Assembly: GCA_021802705.1 (NCBI GenBank)
Contig: JAJZRL010000006.1
Span: 1 to 53,851, forward strand
DNA: 53,851 nucleotides
Source of the DNA: a bacterium
Lineage (GTDB): Bacteria > Patescibacteriota > Minisyncoccia > Phycocordibacterales > Phycocordibacteraceae
Direction: 5' to 3'
In this document: positions 35,736-46,438 of the stretch, piece by piece
Layout: each line of letters begins with the position of its first letter
Numbering within the stretch: the first letter of the stretch is position 1
Notes under the pieces: model-generated
Databases searched by the model: none
The model's input: the letters and a program-made list of their open reading frames with translations, nothing else
Told to the model about the DNA's origin: nothing
Program-made: the position numbers and the translations under genes

Positions 35736-35764
35736 AGTATAGCATATACGCGCTCAAAAGTCAA
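35736..35764 (-). promoter_or_regulatory. sigma70-type promoter TTGACT-N17-TATACT with extended TG
   Basis: Near-consensus match, 17-bp spacing. Confidence 0.75.
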
Positions 35765-35807
35765 GCGCAGCAGAAAGCCTCATTTTGTGGCTTTTAGGTT
35801 TCTGTGA

Positions 35808-35894
35808 TGGTGCGCCGGGAAGGATTTGAACCTTCGTAGGGCTATGCCCGACAGGTTTACAGCCTGTTGCGATTGACCACTCCGCCACCGACGC
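35808..35894 (-). tRNA. tRNA-Tyr (anticodon GTA), long variable arm, CCA encoded
   Basis: GCGTCGG/CCGGCGC acceptor, ACAGG-CTGTAAA-CCTGT anticodon arm, GAAGG-TTCAAAT-CCTTC T-arm. Confidence 0.96.
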
Positions 35895-35924
35895 AAGTCC
35901 TGCCTACTATAGCGGATTTTCTAT

Positions 35925-37178
35925 TTATTTCAAAACGAGAATGAGAACGTTCTGTTTTCCTTTGCGTACGAGCGCGTAACCGTTCGAGAAATCTGCAAGT
36001 GAGAGCTTACGTTCGGGGTCCTCAATGCGCATCCCCGAGAGCGTGATCCCCTTCCCTTCCACGAGCCGCCGGGCTTCGCTTTTCGAGGCGGCAAATCCGC
36101 CCGCGATGAGCGCTTCGACAAGCGGGAACCCCTTCTCGATATCCTTTCCCGTGATGGTTACCGATGGCGCTTCGGCAAGAGCGATGCCGCGTGCTCCGAG
36201 CGGAAGTTCCGAGAACGGCGTCGTGCCGAACAGGGCGCCGCTTGCGGTAGCGGCCTGAGCAGCCGTTCTCGATCCGTGTACGGTTTCGGTTACGAGCCGC
36301 GCAAGTGTTTGTTGCGCTTCACGAGCGGCCTCGTTGCGGCGATGACGCTCCATAAGAGCGTCTATCTCGCTAAGCGGCAGGAACGTGTACACGTTAAGAT
36401 ATTTTTCGATACCGGCATCGGGAAGATTGACCCAGAATTGATAAAAACTGAAAGGGGATGTTTTTTTCGGATCAAGCCAGACGGCATTCCCTTCCGTTTT
36501 TCCGAATTTCTTGCCGGCTGCATCGGTCACAAGCGGCATGCCGAGCGCGTATACCTGCTTCCCGAGCCGCTTCCGGATGAGGTCGACGCCGGAAAGCATG
36601 TTTGTCCACTGGTCTGATCCTCCCACCTGAAGGTCGACGCCGTGCCGCTCGTTGAGCATCAGGTAATCGAAGCCTTGCAAGAGCGCGTATGTGAACTCGG
36701 TGTACGAGATGCTTTCGTCCGGTGTCTCGAGGCGTTTCTTGATAATCTCGCGCTTCATGAGGTCGTTCACCGTGAAGTACTTGCCGACCTCGCGCAGAAA
36801 CGGTATGAGCCTGGCGCGCATGAGCCAGTCGGCATTATCAACCATCTTAAACGGCGTGCGGCCGAGGATACCCTTTAGCTGCGCCTTCAGTGCGCGGGTG
36901 TTCTTTGCGACTGTCTTCGTATCGAGCATCGGACGTTCGCCCGTCTCCTTCGGATCGCCGATCATGCCGGTCGCTCCGCCGATGAGGAAGACGAGCTTAT
37001 TGCCCGCTTCGCCAAGCCGCTTCATGAGGAGCACCCACGCGAGATGCCCGACATGCAGCGAATCGGCGGTCGGATCCGTACCGATATAGACCGTCCGCGA
37101 TACCTGGAGTACCTTCTCCGGTTCGGCGGACGAGTGCTCGATCAGCCCGCGGGCCCTCAGTTCTTCAACAAGCGTCAT
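35925..37178 (-). CDS. tyrS: Tyrosine--tRNA ligase
   Basis: DPTADSLHVGH, GMIGDP, QVGGSDQW, KFGKT, S4-like C-terminus. Confidence 0.97.
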   Translation of the reverse strand: MTLVEELRARGLIEHSSAEPEKVLQVSRTVYIGTDPTADSLHVGHLAWVLLMKRLGEAGNKLVFLIGGATGMIGDPKETGERPMLDTKTVAKNTRALKAQLKGILGRTPFKMVDNADWLMRARLIPFLREVGKYFTVNDLMKREIIKKRLETPDESISYTEFTYALLQGFDYLMLNERHGVDLQVGGSDQWTNMLSGVDLIRKRLGKQVYALGMPLVTDAAGKKFGKTEGNAVWLDPKKTSPFSFYQFWVNLPDAGIEKYLNVYTFLPLSEIDALMERHRRNEAAREAQQTLARLVTETVHGSRTAAQAATASGALFGTTPFSELPLGARGIALAEAPSVTITGKDIEKGFPLVEALIAGGFAASKSEARRLVEGKGITLSGMRIEDPERKLSLADFSNGYALVRKGKQNVLILVLK

Positions 37179-37193
37179 GGGAGAAATATAACA

Positions 37194-38987
37194 CTATTTA
37201 TGCAGGCCGATGTGGAGCTCATAGAGCCGATGGTATGTGCCGGCCTCGATTCGCATGAGCTCGTCATGAGTGCCGCTTTCGGCAATACGGCCGTCCTTCA
37301 AGACGAGGATCTTCCCCGCTGTCCGAACGGTCGAGAGCCGGTGCGCGATGATGAAGGTCGTGCGGCCGCGCATGAGCTTCTCAAGCGAATCGGTGATGAG
37401 CCGCTCCGTCTCCGGGTCGAGAGCGGAAGTCGGCTCGTCGAGAATGAGGATTTCCGGGTTGCGCAAGATCGCGCGGGCGATCGCGATACGCTGCTTCTGT
37501 CCGACCGAGAGCTTGATGCCGCGCTCGCCGACGAGCGTGTCGTATCCTTGCGGTTGCTTCACGATGAAGTCGTGGATATGCGCATCGCGCGCAGCACGCT
37601 CGACAGCTTCGTCGGACGCGTCGAAGGTGCCGTAGCGGATGTTCGCGCGAACCGTGTCGTTGAAGAGTGCGACTTCCTGCGGTACCACCGCGATACGGCG
37701 CCGAAGCTCGGTCAGGTCCCACTGTCGCGTGTCGACGCCATCGACGAGCACGCGTCCGCTCGTCGGGAAATAGTAGCCGGAGATAAGCGAGACGGCCGTG
37801 CTTTTCCCGCTTCCCGATTCGCCGACAAGCGCGATCGTCTCGCCCGGGTTCGCGACAAACGAAACGTCGGAAAGCACCTCAACCTCCTTGTCTCCGTAGT
37901 CGAATGAGACGGCGTCGAAGACAGTCCTCCCCGAACGCTCTGTTTGCGTCACGGCGCCGTCCGGATGGTAGACCTCTTCCGGCTCGACAAAGACTCGTTC
38001 GAGCTGTCCGGCCGATGTAAGGCCGTTCTGGATGGTCTGCCAACTGTACCCGAGCGCGACGAAAGGACCGAAGAACATGAGCGCATAGCCGTTGAGCGCG
38101 ACGAGATCGCCTACGGTCATGAAACCTTTCGCCACGAGGCTCGCCGAAGCGACGAATATCGCGAACTGCGTGAGGAAGACGATGATGCGCTGGAAGAATC
38201 CGATATTGCTCCATACCTTCTCGAGCGAATACCAGATCCCCGCTGTTTCTCCGATCAGATTCCTACGCGCTTTCGCGATCTCGTGTTCTTCCGCCGCCGC
38301 CTGTTTGATAGCGGTTACTTGTTGGACCGCCGAAGCCGAATCATCCCAGTGGCGATTCCACGATTCATGCGCCGTGTGATCGATCGCTGCGATCGGTCGA
38401 AGCATGAAAACGAGCGATACGACATATGCGCAGACGCCGGCTGCGAGAATGCCCGCTATCGGCACGTTGATACTTGCCGCAAGGACGATGCCGATCACGA
38501 CGGAGAGGAGCTGCGGCGCGATCTGGATGGCGTTCTGCATGATGGATGAGACGCGCCACCCCGCTGTTCCGATCTTCGAGAGCACGCCATTGATGTGTTC
38601 GTTCGTATGGTATGCGATCGGGAGCCGGAAGAGGTGGATGAACCCTTCAGTCTGGATACCGAGGTGCACGTACGTATCGATCTTGCGTCGCGAGCGGTCT
38701 ATCACCCAATCGATGCTGTTCGCGATAATCTGGATGCCCGCCCATGCGGCGAGCATCATCGCCCAAAACGGGAACGCGCCACCCGCTGCCCCGCCTTGCG
38801 AAAGGCTGATAAGCGCATCGAAGAAGCGGCCCGTGACGTACGGCACGCTGCCGTTTGCCGCTGCAGAGATGAGGCCGAGAAACGCGAGGAACAAGAGTTC
38901 CCCGCGATACGGTCGTGCGTGCCGCCAGATGCCGCGCATTCCCTCGCGGAAAGATACCGGCGTGTCGTTTCCTGTCATCTCGGACAT
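37194..38987 (-). CDS. ABC exporter, fused permease/ATPase (MsbA/Sav1866-like)
   Basis: N-terminal TM domain, GESGSGKST, LSVGQKQR, ILDEPTS, IAHRLST. Confidence 0.95.
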   Translation of the reverse strand: MSEMTGNDTPVSFREGMRGIWRHARPYRGELLFLAFLGLISAAANGSVPYVTGRFFDALISLSQGGAAGGAFPFWAMMLAAWAGIQIIANSIDWVIDRSRRKIDTYVHLGIQTEGFIHLFRLPIAYHTNEHINGVLSKIGTAGWRVSSIMQNAIQIAPQLLSVVIGIVLAASINVPIAGILAAGVCAYVVSLVFMLRPIAAIDHTAHESWNRHWDDSASAVQQVTAIKQAAAEEHEIAKARRNLIGETAGIWYSLEKVWSNIGFFQRIIVFLTQFAIFVASASLVAKGFMTVGDLVALNGYALMFFGPFVALGYSWQTIQNGLTSAGQLERVFVEPEEVYHPDGAVTQTERSGRTVFDAVSFDYGDKEVEVLSDVSFVANPGETIALVGESGSGKSTAVSLISGYYFPTSGRVLVDGVDTRQWDLTELRRRIAVVPQEVALFNDTVRANIRYGTFDASDEAVERAARDAHIHDFIVKQPQGYDTLVGERGIKLSVGQKQRIAIARAILRNPEILILDEPTSALDPETERLITDSLEKLMRGRTTFIIAHRLSTVRTAGKILVLKDGRIAESGTHDELMRIEAGTYHRLYELHIGLHK

Positions 38988-38991
38988 GAAG

Positions 38992-39513
38992 CTAGCGAGC
39001 GAGGAAGAAGAGGCCTATGGCTGGCGCCGCGAACCACCAGAAGAAATACTGACTCGGCGCGAAAAGCGCGCTTATGGCGGAAGTGAAGTGGTATGCCGTA
39101 GCAACCGAGAAGAGATGGTATGCGAGCGCGAGAAGGAACGCGGCGCCGAAGAACGAGAGGATGATAAGCCCGAGGAAGCCTATCGAAAGGAAATCGGAAA
39201 CGACGACGCGCCGCAGGGTGATGTAGAAGGCTCCCGCAAGGCCGGCGTACAGGCCGATGTGCGCCAAAAGCGCTGTCATGAGCGGTGCTGAAGGGAGCAG
39301 AGAAGCGTACGGGAATGCGATATACAGCGCATACGCGGCATAGAAAGAGAAAAGGAGCGCGACGAAAGGACCTCGTCCGACGTATCGTGCGAAAAGGAAA
39401 AGGAGCGCGACCAGAACGATGATGATGAGAAAATTGCTCGCGACGGACCACGCGGTGAGCGCGGTATGCGTCGTCAGAGCGCTTGCTTGAGCGACACTGT
39501 TAAGGGCGTGCAT
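38992..39513 (-). CDS. Hypothetical multi-pass membrane protein
   Basis: About five hydrophobic segments; -10 TATACT 7 nt before ATG; 4 bp from the ABC exporter. Confidence 0.8.
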   Translation of the reverse strand: MHALNSVAQASALTTHTALTAWSVASNFLIIIVLVALLFLFARYVGRGPFVALLFSFYAAYALYIAFPYASLLPSAPLMTALLAHIGLYAGLAGAFYITLRRVVVSDFLSIGFLGLIILSFFGAAFLLALAYHLFSVATAYHFTSAISALFAPSQYFFWWFAAPAIGLFFLAR

Positions 39514-39556
39514 ATCACACAGTATACGGTACGGCTTCGGGAGAAGCGGAAGGTTG

Positions 39557-40636
39557 TCAGATGCCCTCGTTTCTCAAGTCCTCCATCGCCTTCTTCGCTT
39601 TGCTTGAGAGTTTCTGCGGAAGCGCCGTTTCGAGCCGGATAATGAGATCGCCGCGTGCAAATTCGCTCGGGATGCCCTTGCCGCGCACGCGCAAAAGCTC
39701 CTCGGCGCGCTTCATCGGGGGTATTTTCACCTCGAGTGTCTTCCCTTCGAGCGTTTCAACGGGTACCGTCGTCCCGAGAAGAGCATCGGTGAGCTTAACC
39801 GGAAGATCCATGACGAGATTCAAATCCTCCCGACGGAATACGGGATGCGGCTTCACGTGTATCTTCACATAAAGGTCTCCTGCGATGCCTGTTTTTACCG
39901 CCTCGCCTTGCTGAGGCAACCGTATCATTTCTCCATTATCGATACCGGGCGGGATGTTGATCTTTATTTCCTCTTCGCGGCGGCGCGTACCGTGACCCTT
40001 GCATTCGGGGCATTTTTCTTTCGGGATCTTGCCGCTGCCATCGCACTGCGTGCACAGGCGCACGCTGCTGAACTGCCCGAGGATAGAATTGCGTATCTCG
40101 TGTACCCGGCCGCTACCGTTACAAGTCTTGCAGGTCTCAAGCTCGGTGCCCGGTGCAGCGCCGGTGCCGCGACAGAGCGTACACGTCGAGACTTTCGCGA
40201 TAAGCACCGTGCGGGCCGTCCCGAACACGGCATCTTTGAACGGGATTTCGAGATCGATAGAGATATCGCGTCCTCGCGGCGTCCGGGGGCTGCCGCCTCG
40301 GCCTCCTGAAAACATCTCGCCGAAAATATCGCCGAGGTCGAACTCGACGCCGCCTTGTCCGAAACCTTGCTGGAATTGGCTGAAATCGAATCCGCCAAAC
40401 CCGTTCCCGTTCCCCGCCGGACCGCCGCCGGGGAACGCCTGGCCGTAAGCGTCGTATTCGCGGCGCTTCTTATCATCGCTCAGAACGGCGTAAGCTTCGG
40501 TGATTTCCTTGAATTTCTCGTCGGGGCCTCCTTTGTCCGGATGATACTTATGGGCAAGCTTCCGAAATGCTTTCTTGATATCATCCTTGCTCGCTTTCTT
40601 GTCGACGCCAAGCACGCTGTAATAATCTTTCGCCAT
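39557..40636 (-). CDS. dnaJ: Chaperone DnaJ
   Basis: J domain HPD, G/F region, four CxxCxGxG repeats. Confidence 0.97.
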   Translation of the reverse strand: MAKDYYSVLGVDKKASKDDIKKAFRKLAHKYHPDKGGPDEKFKEITEAYAVLSDDKKRREYDAYGQAFPGGGPAGNGNGFGGFDFSQFQQGFGQGGVEFDLGDIFGEMFSGGRGGSPRTPRGRDISIDLEIPFKDAVFGTARTVLIAKVSTCTLCRGTGAAPGTELETCKTCNGSGRVHEIRNSILGQFSSVRLCTQCDGSGKIPKEKCPECKGHGTRRREEEIKINIPPGIDNGEMIRLPQQGEAVKTGIAGDLYVKIHVKPHPVFRREDLNLVMDLPVKLTDALLGTTVPVETLEGKTLEVKIPPMKRAEELLRVRGKGIPSEFARGDLIIRLETALPQKLSSKAKKAMEDLRNEGI

Positions 40637-40670
40637 ATCCGCGATTATACGCTCTTACAAATTCACATGC

Positions 40671-40701
40671 AAAAATTCGCTGCGTTTTTAAACGCGACGA
40701 A
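40671..40701 (-). terminator. Hairpin with T-tract between dnaK and dnaJ
   Basis: Minus strand TTCGTCGCGTTT-A-AAAACGCAGCGAA then TTTTT. Confidence 0.55.
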
Positions 40702-40705
40702 CTTC

Positions 40706-42592
40706 TTATTCTTTTTCTTTGAACTCTGCGTCGGCCGGTCCGGCGGCGTCGGGAGGATTCTGATCGCCGTTCGAAGCTGGCGGCGGCGTCTGGTTTTTCA
40801 TCATCGCTTCACCGATCTTAGAGAGCGTTGACGAGAGCTTCTCGGTCGCGTTCTTGATGGTCGCCGCATCTTCGCTGTTCCGCGCTGTCTTAAGTGCGTC
40901 GACACCGTCTTGGACCTCTTTCACTACTTCGGCGCCGGCCTTCTCGCCGTTTTCTTTGATCGCTTTTTCAGCCGCGTAGATAGCCTGATCAGCGATGTTG
41001 CGTACCTCGATAAGCTCTTTGCGTTTCTCGTCGTCCGCCGCATGAGCCTCGGCATCTTGGCGCATTTTCTCTATGTCCTCTTTCGAAAGGCCGGTCGAGC
41101 CTTCGATGCGGATACTCTGCTCCTTCCCTGTCATCTTCTCTTTCGCTTTTACGGTAAGGATGCCGGAAGCGTCGACATCGAACGTCACTTCGATCTGCGG
41201 CATGCCGCGCGGCGCGGGTGGAATACCGTCGAGCATGAAACGGCCGAGAGACTTGTTGTCGGTGCTCATCGCGCGCTCTCCTTGGGTGATGTGGATTTCG
41301 ACAGAGGGTTGGTTATCGGCTGCGGTCGAGAATGTCTGCGTGCGCGAGGTCGGTATCGCCGTATTGCGCTCGACAAGCTTCGTCGCGACGCCCCCCATCG
41401 TTTCTATCGAGAGCGAGAGCGGAATGACATCGACGAGAAGGATGTCTTTCACGTCGCCCTGGAGGATGCCGGCCTGGATGGCGGCACCGATAGCGACAAC
41501 CTCATCAGGGTTTACGCTCATGTTCGGTTTCTTGCCGAAGAACGACTCGACGGCTGCCTGGATGGCGGGCATACGGGTTTGGCCTCCTACGAGAATGACC
41601 TCGTCGATATCGCCTATCTTGAACGGTGATGCTTCCATCGCTCGTTTCGTGATCGCCATCGCGCGCTCGATGAATTCTCCGGAAAGCTCTTCGAGTTTCG
41701 CGCGTGTCATCTTGATGAGGAGATGTCGCGGTCCCGCAGCATCGGACGTGAGGAACGGGATGTTGATCTCCGTCTCCATCGCGCTTGAGAGCTCGATCTT
41801 CGCCTTTTCCGCGGCCTCATCGAGACGCTGTCGCGCAAGCGCGTCGCTCCTTACGTCGATGCCGCTCTCTTTCTTGAATTCGTCGGCGAGCCAGTTGATG
41901 ATCTTCTGATCGATATCCTTTCCGCCGAGGTGTGCGTCGCCATCGGTCGATTTCACCTCGATCACGTCATCCCCCACCTCAAGGACGGATATATCGAACG
42001 TGCCGCCGCCGAAATCGAAGACCGCGATTTTTTCGTCTTTCTTTTTATTGAAACCGTACGCGAGCGCGGCCGCCGTCGGCTCGTTGATGATGCGCTTCAC
42101 GTCGAGTCCGGCGATCTGTCCGGCGGCCTTGGTCGCGCTGCGTTGGTCATCGTTGAAATAGGCGGGAACGGTGATGACGGCCTCGCTTATCGTCTCGCCG
42201 ATTTTCGCTTCGGCATCGGCTTTCAGCTTGCCGAGGATCATCGCCGAGACCTCTTCCGGACGGCACCACGTATCAGCCATACGCACCTCGATGCCTCCGT
42301 TATCGGCTTTACGCATTTCAAACGGCACCGCCGCTTTATCCTTCTGAACCTCCGGCTCGTCATACGAGTGTCCGATAAAGCGTTTGATCTGATAGATCGT
42401 ATTCAAAGGATTCGTCACCGACTGGCGCTTCGCGAGCGTACCGACTGTACGTTCTCCCGTCTTTCCGATAGCGACGATAGACGGCGTCGTCCGCGCCCCC
42501 TCTGCGTTTTCAAGGACGCGCGGTTCGCCGCCTTCGACGATCGCCATCGCGGAATTAGTCGTACCAAGATCAATGCCAAGAATTTTTGCCAT
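40706..42592 (-). CDS. dnaK: Chaperone DnaK
   Basis: [37 protein letters not shown]. Confidence 0.98.
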   Translation of the reverse strand: MAKILGIDLGTTNSAMAIVEGGEPRVLENAEGARTTPSIVAIGKTGERTVGTLAKRQSVTNPLNTIYQIKRFIGHSYDEPEVQKDKAAVPFEMRKADNGGIEVRMADTWCRPEEVSAMILGKLKADAEAKIGETISEAVITVPAYFNDDQRSATKAAGQIAGLDVKRIINEPTAAALAYGFNKKKDEKIAVFDFGGGTFDISVLEVGDDVIEVKSTDGDAHLGGKDIDQKIINWLADEFKKESGIDVRSDALARQRLDEAAEKAKIELSSAMETEINIPFLTSDAAGPRHLLIKMTRAKLEELSGEFIERAMAITKRAMEASPFKIGDIDEVILVGGQTRMPAIQAAVESFFGKKPNMSVNPDEVVAIGAAIQAGILQGDVKDILLVDVIPLSLSIETMGGVATKLVERNTAIPTSRTQTFSTAADNQPSVEIHITQGERAMSTDNKSLGRFMLDGIPPAPRGMPQIEVTFDVDASGILTVKAKEKMTGKEQSIRIEGSTGLSKEDIEKMRQDAEAHAADDEKRKELIEVRNIADQAIYAAEKAIKENGEKAGAEVVKEVQDGVDALKTARNSEDAATIKNATEKLSSTLSKIGEAMMKNQTPPPASNGDQNPPDAAGPADAEFKEKE

Positions 42593-42615
42593 ACGTATTA
42601 TGCGTTATTTATATT

Positions 42616-43179
42616 TTACGCTCCTTGATTCTCGCTTGCAAAGCGGGCAACGCGAACTTTCGCGGGGCGGATGACCATCCCGCCCACCTTCCACCCCTTC
42701 TCGAGGACGGTCGTGATGGTCCCATCCTTCTCTGCCGTATCGACGCTATCTTGGCCGAGCGCTTCGTGTATGACAGGATCAAACACTCCGGTTCCGATTC
42801 CTATCTCTTCAAGACCGAGCTTGGCGAATGCGTCCTCAAGGCTTTTTACAATAGCCAAGAAGCCTTCGGGAAGCTCTCCATGCCATTTCGCGCGTTCGAT
42901 CGCATCGAACGCGGGGAACATTTCCTCCACTGCTTTTGAAATCCCGATCTGCTTCGCTCGAGCAACTTCTTCGTTGCCTCGCTTCAAGAGGTTCACATAG
43001 TCGGCTTTTGCACGCTGCCAGCCGTCCATATATTCCTGCTTCTCCGCACGACAGGCCTCAAGTTCGCTTTTGAGCTTCACGACTCTCTTCTCGGCGCCAC
43101 CGTCCTCGAGCGGCTCGTCATTCTCCTCCTCAAGGACAACGTCCTCCGGGTCTATATCATCTCCATGCCATTCCTTCAT
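42616..43179 (-). CDS. grpE: Nucleotide exchange factor GrpE
   Basis: QRAKADYVN, FDPVIHEA, KGW..IRPAKV.V. Confidence 0.95.
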   Translation of the reverse strand: MKEWHGDDIDPEDVVLEEENDEPLEDGGAEKRVVKLKSELEACRAEKQEYMDGWQRAKADYVNLLKRGNEEVARAKQIGISKAVEEMFPAFDAIERAKWHGELPEGFLAIVKSLEDAFAKLGLEEIGIGTGVFDPVIHEALGQDSVDTAEKDGTITTVLEKGWKVGGMVIRPAKVRVARFASENQGA

Positions 43180-43185
43180 GCGTTC

Positions 43186-43214
43186 ATAATGCCCGAAGCG
43201 AAGCGTCGAGTCAA
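43186..43214 (-). promoter_or_regulatory. grpE-dnaK promoter TTGACT-N17-CATTAT, 6 nt before ATG
   Basis: Motif and spacing. Confidence 0.6.
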
Positions 43215-43242
43215 AAAGAGGGTGTGGGGATGAGAGGAGTAC

Positions 43243-43641
43243 TCAGCGCTTGCTCCACTGCTTGCGCTTGCGTGCCTTGACGAGACCCGGCTTCTTGCGT
43301 TCTTTGGCGCGCGGATCCCGGGTAAGAAGCTTCGCTCCCTTCAGCACCGTTCGAGTGCCCGGTTCGGCTTTGACGAGCGCGCGGCTAATGGCGTGCCGGA
43401 GCGCGTCGGCTTGCGCGGCAACGCCGCCTCCTTCGATATGAGCAGTCACGGCGTACGTCTGTGCGCTGTCAGCTATCTCGAAGGCTTCTCCGGCGATCTT
43501 CGCGCGTTCAGCCGTCTTGAAATATTCGTTCAAACTCTTGCCGTTTACCGTGATGAGAGCTTCGGGAGCCGGTGATAGCCGCACGCTTGCGACGGCGGTC
43601 TTGCGGCGTCCAACGGCGGTGATAAAAGCGGTTGTTGTCAT
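43243..43641 (-). CDS. rpsI: 30S ribosomal protein S9
   Basis: GRRKTAVA, GGG..AQA, LTRDPR, QWSKR. Confidence 0.97.
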   Translation of the reverse strand: MTTTAFITAVGRRKTAVASVRLSPAPEALITVNGKSLNEYFKTAERAKIAGEAFEIADSAQTYAVTAHIEGGGVAAQADALRHAISRALVKAEPGTRTVLKGAKLLTRDPRAKERKKPGLVKARKRKQWSKR

Positions 43642-43647
43642 AATAGG

Positions 43648-44013
43648 CTACGCGTTGACGATTAGATTTTTCATCCGCGGCGCGCGGAGCTTATTGCGGG
43701 GGATCATCCCATCCACCGTTTTTCGCACGACTTCTTCGATACCTTTCTTCGCAAGCATTTCTTCCATGCTCATTTCACGCAAGCCCCCGGGATATCCGGT
43801 GTAGCGGGTATAGATCTTCCCTTTCGTCCGGCGTTCCGGCAGATTGAGCTTACTGGCGTTTTCGATAACGACTTTCATGGGAAGCGCTTGGTTTCTCGCA
43901 AAACGAACCGAACGCTTCCCGAGAAGCGCGTGAGCGGCTTCGCTCGCAACGCGTCCGAGCGAGCGGTTTGCGGCGTTTATCGTGTACGTGGTCTGTCCGG
44001 TTTGCGGTGTCAT
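43648..44013 (-). CDS. rplM: 50S ribosomal protein L13 (short form)
   Basis: LGRVAS, LLGK, YTGYPGG, GMIP.N. Confidence 0.93.
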   Translation of the reverse strand: MTPQTGQTTYTINAANRSLGRVASEAAHALLGKRSVRFARNQALPMKVVIENASKLNLPERRTKGKIYTRYTGYPGGLREMSMEEMLAKKGIEEVVRKTVDGMIPRNKLRAPRMKNLIVNA

Positions 44014-44026
44014 AACAAGATGCATA

Positions 44027-44380
44027 CTAGACAAATGCGATATAAGCAAGTTTTCGCGCGTCGTTCGCGCCCCGTCGCGTCCGTTTTACGATGCGCGTAT
44101 ACCCTCCGGCTCGTTCGCTGTAACGCGGCCCGATCGATTCAAAAAGCTTCGCTACCGCGACGTCATCATTGAGGCGGGCTTTCGTAAGGCGCCGGCTTGC
44201 GAGCGTATTTTTCTTTGCATAGGTTACGAGCCGTTCGACGAACGGGCGAAGCTCCTTCGCTTTCGCTTCGGTGGTCGATATGCGTTCATGCATGACGAGC
44301 GAACGTGCGAGCGAGCGGAGCAACGCCCGGCGCTGGTTAGCCGGCCTGTTAAACGAACGAGGTTTGCTTCTCTGGCTCAT
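44027..44380 (-). CDS. rplQ: 50S ribosomal protein L17
   Basis: RRALLRSLA, I.TT..KAKE, R.GGYTRI. Confidence 0.96.
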   Translation of the reverse strand: MSQRSKPRSFNRPANQRRALLRSLARSLVMHERISTTEAKAKELRPFVERLVTYAKKNTLASRRLTKARLNDDVAVAKLFESIGPRYSERAGGYTRIVKRTRRGANDARKLAYIAFV

Positions 44381-44390
44381 GCTTTCTTCA

Positions 44391-45326
44391 TTACTCTCCC
44401 TTAAGTCCGAGCCCGAAACGCGCAAGCGCTGCCGAAATCTCTCCGAGCGCCTTCTCGCCGATACCGTCGATCTCCTTGAGAGTGTTTGCGGATTTTCGTG
44501 CGAGGCCGGCAACGCTCTTTATGCCGGCTTCTTCCAGGGCCGAGACGACGCGCGCGGAAAGTTCGAGATCGGCGATTTTCGTTTTCGCAGGATCGGGTGA
44601 CTCGGCCGTGCTTGCGGCTTCTTCGGGAATGCTCGAATCTTCCTGGAAACCGACGATAGCTCTCAGCTGATGGATCATGATCTCGATCGATTGTTCCAAC
44701 GCTTCGCGCGGAGCAATGGTACCGTTCGTTTCGATGAGGACGCGCAGGCGGTTGAAATCGGTACGGTCGCCGACACGCATGTTCTCCACCTCGTAATTTA
44801 CGCGTCGTATCGGCGTGAAGGTGGCATCAAGCGCGATGGTGCCGATATCGACCTTTTCCTTCGTGAGCACTTCGCGCGATACGTAGCCGAGGCCGCGCTC
44901 GATCGTCGCCTCGAACTCAAGCGACGCTTTTCCGGAAAGGTCGGCGATATGCTGATCGGGATTCTTTATCTCGACCTGAGTCGGCAGATCGAAATCCTTT
45001 GCCGTAGCTTCTACCGCACCCTTGGCTGAAAGCCTTATGGTCTGCGGCTCGTCGCCATGAAGGACGAAGTGGACGCGCTTAAGATTCATGAGTATCTCCA
45101 TGACGGTTTCGCGGACGCCCTCTATGGTGGCGAACTCGTGCGGGACGCCGTCGATCTTCACTTGCGTGACAGCGGCGCCGGGAAGAGAGGAAAGAATGAT
45201 ACGCCGCAAAGAGTTTCCGAGCGTATGCCCGTATCCCGGATACAGCGAATCAATCTCATAAATCCCCTGCGTGTTCTCTTCAGAAACGACACGAGGTTTG
45301 CTGGGAAGTGTGATGTGGTATTCCAT
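44391..45326 (-). CDS. rpoA: RNA polymerase subunit alpha
   Basis: GYGHTLGNSLRRIILSSLPG, HEF, RVGDRTDF, alpha-CTD; start MEYH at 45326. Confidence 0.97.
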   Translation of the reverse strand: MEYHITLPSKPRVVSEENTQGIYEIDSLYPGYGHTLGNSLRRIILSSLPGAAVTQVKIDGVPHEFATIEGVRETVMEILMNLKRVHFVLHGDEPQTIRLSAKGAVEATAKDFDLPTQVEIKNPDQHIADLSGKASLEFEATIERGLGYVSREVLTKEKVDIGTIALDATFTPIRRVNYEVENMRVGDRTDFNRLRVLIETNGTIAPREALEQSIEIMIHQLRAIVGFQEDSSIPEEAASTAESPDPAKTKIADLELSARVVSALEEAGIKSVAGLARKSANTLKEIDGIGEKALGEISAALARFGLGLKGE

Positions 45327-45370
45327 AACGCAATCGTAATTACCGTTTAATTCGGATACATGAATAAAAG

Positions 45371-45982
45371 CTATCTCGTGTAGAACGAGAGCACGGCCGC
45401 AAGGTCGCCCGCCGGATCGGCTGAGGCGATGGTGGGCAACTCGACAACGCCGCCCTCCATGCCTTTCGGATCCCATGAAAGCCAGCTTACGAGCGGACGT
45501 TCGAGAAAACGTTCGCCGAAGCCGAGAAGAGAGGTGTGCTTTCTCGATGCTTCCCGTATCGCGATCCGATCCCCGACTGAAAGCGTGTGCGAAGGTACCC
45601 GCATCTTCTTCCCGCCGACGAGCACATGGCCATGAGACACCATTTGACGGGCTGCCCGGCGCGTCGGGGCGAGACCGAGCCGCCATATGACGTTATCGAG
45701 CCGGAGTTCGAGAAGCTCGTGGAGACGCTCGGAAGGCTGTGCGCTATGCGCCGCAAGCGCTTTGCGCACATAGTTGCGGAATTGTCTTTCCGGCAGACCA
45801 TAAGTGACGCGCACCTTCTGCTTTTCAAGCATCTGTTTGCTATATTCGCTTGCCCGCCCGCGTCCGCCGCGCTTGTTTTTCGCGCTGCGATCAGCTGAAA
45901 GCGCGAACTTTTGCGTCTGCGCTTTCTCGAAGACGGAAGCGCCGAGGCGTTTTGCTATTTTATATCGTGGACCTGTTTTCAT
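45371..45982 (-). CDS. rpsD: 30S ribosomal protein S4
   Basis: SEY..Q..EKQK, LE.RLDN, ARQMVSHGH. Confidence 0.96.
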   Translation of the reverse strand: MKTGPRYKIAKRLGASVFEKAQTQKFALSADRSAKNKRGGRGRASEYSKQMLEKQKVRVTYGLPERQFRNYVRKALAAHSAQPSERLHELLELRLDNVIWRLGLAPTRRAARQMVSHGHVLVGGKKMRVPSHTLSVGDRIAIREASRKHTSLLGFGERFLERPLVSWLSWDPKGMEGGVVELPTIASADPAGDLAAVLSFYTR

Positions 45983-46000
45983 AATATATCGTTGGAATGA

Positions 46001-46435
46001 TTACACGCGTCGTGGTTTTGGCGGGCGCGGACCATTGTGCGGAACCGGCGTCACATCCCGTATGGAAGAGATCTGGATGCCCTTGCCTGAAAAAGCGCGC
46101 AGGACCGACTCGCGGCCGGAGCCGACGCCGCAAATGACGACCGATGCCTCTTTGAGGCCGATCATCGTACCCTTCTCTCCGAGGAACTCGCCGACTTTCG
46201 CTGCAGCATACGGCGTCGACTTCCTTGCGCCGGAAAAACCGAGCGAACCGGCAGAGGAACTGACGACGGCATTGCCCTTCTCGTCGGTAAGGACGGCTTT
46301 CGTATTGTTGAATGTCGCTTCAATATGGAGAACGCCCTTTTCAAGATGACGCTTCGTCGCTTTCGACAGCGCGCGCTCTTTGCGTCCTTGGTCAAGGCCT
46401 TTCCCGCTCTTTTTGATGATTCGTTTTTTTCCCAT
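46001..46435 (-). CDS. rpsK: 30S ribosomal protein S11
   Basis: TFNNT, RKSTPYAA, DVTPVPHNG. Confidence 0.97.
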   Translation of the reverse strand: MGKKRIIKKSGKGLDQGRKERALSKATKRHLEKGVLHIEATFNNTKAVLTDEKGNAVVSSSAGSLGFSGARKSTPYAAAKVGEFLGEKGTMIGLKEASVVICGVGSGRESVLRAFSGKGIQISSIRDVTPVPHNGPRPPKPRRV

Positions 46436-46438
46436 AGA

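Noticed and set aside
33528-37193. T-box riboswitches before synthetase genes
   Set aside because: Upstream gaps are too short or leaderless, and no AAGGTGGTACC-like T-box motif was seen
43180-43242. CIRCE operator before grpE-dnaK
   Set aside because: No TTAGCACTC-N9-GAGTGCTAA match and no hrcA in the window
44391-45686. N-terminally extended RpoA, RsmH, RmuC, RecR and L17, and the 289-aa version of 34752-35621
   Set aside because: Extensions overlap neighbouring genes or regulatory DNA; homology and promoter/SD positions support downstream starts
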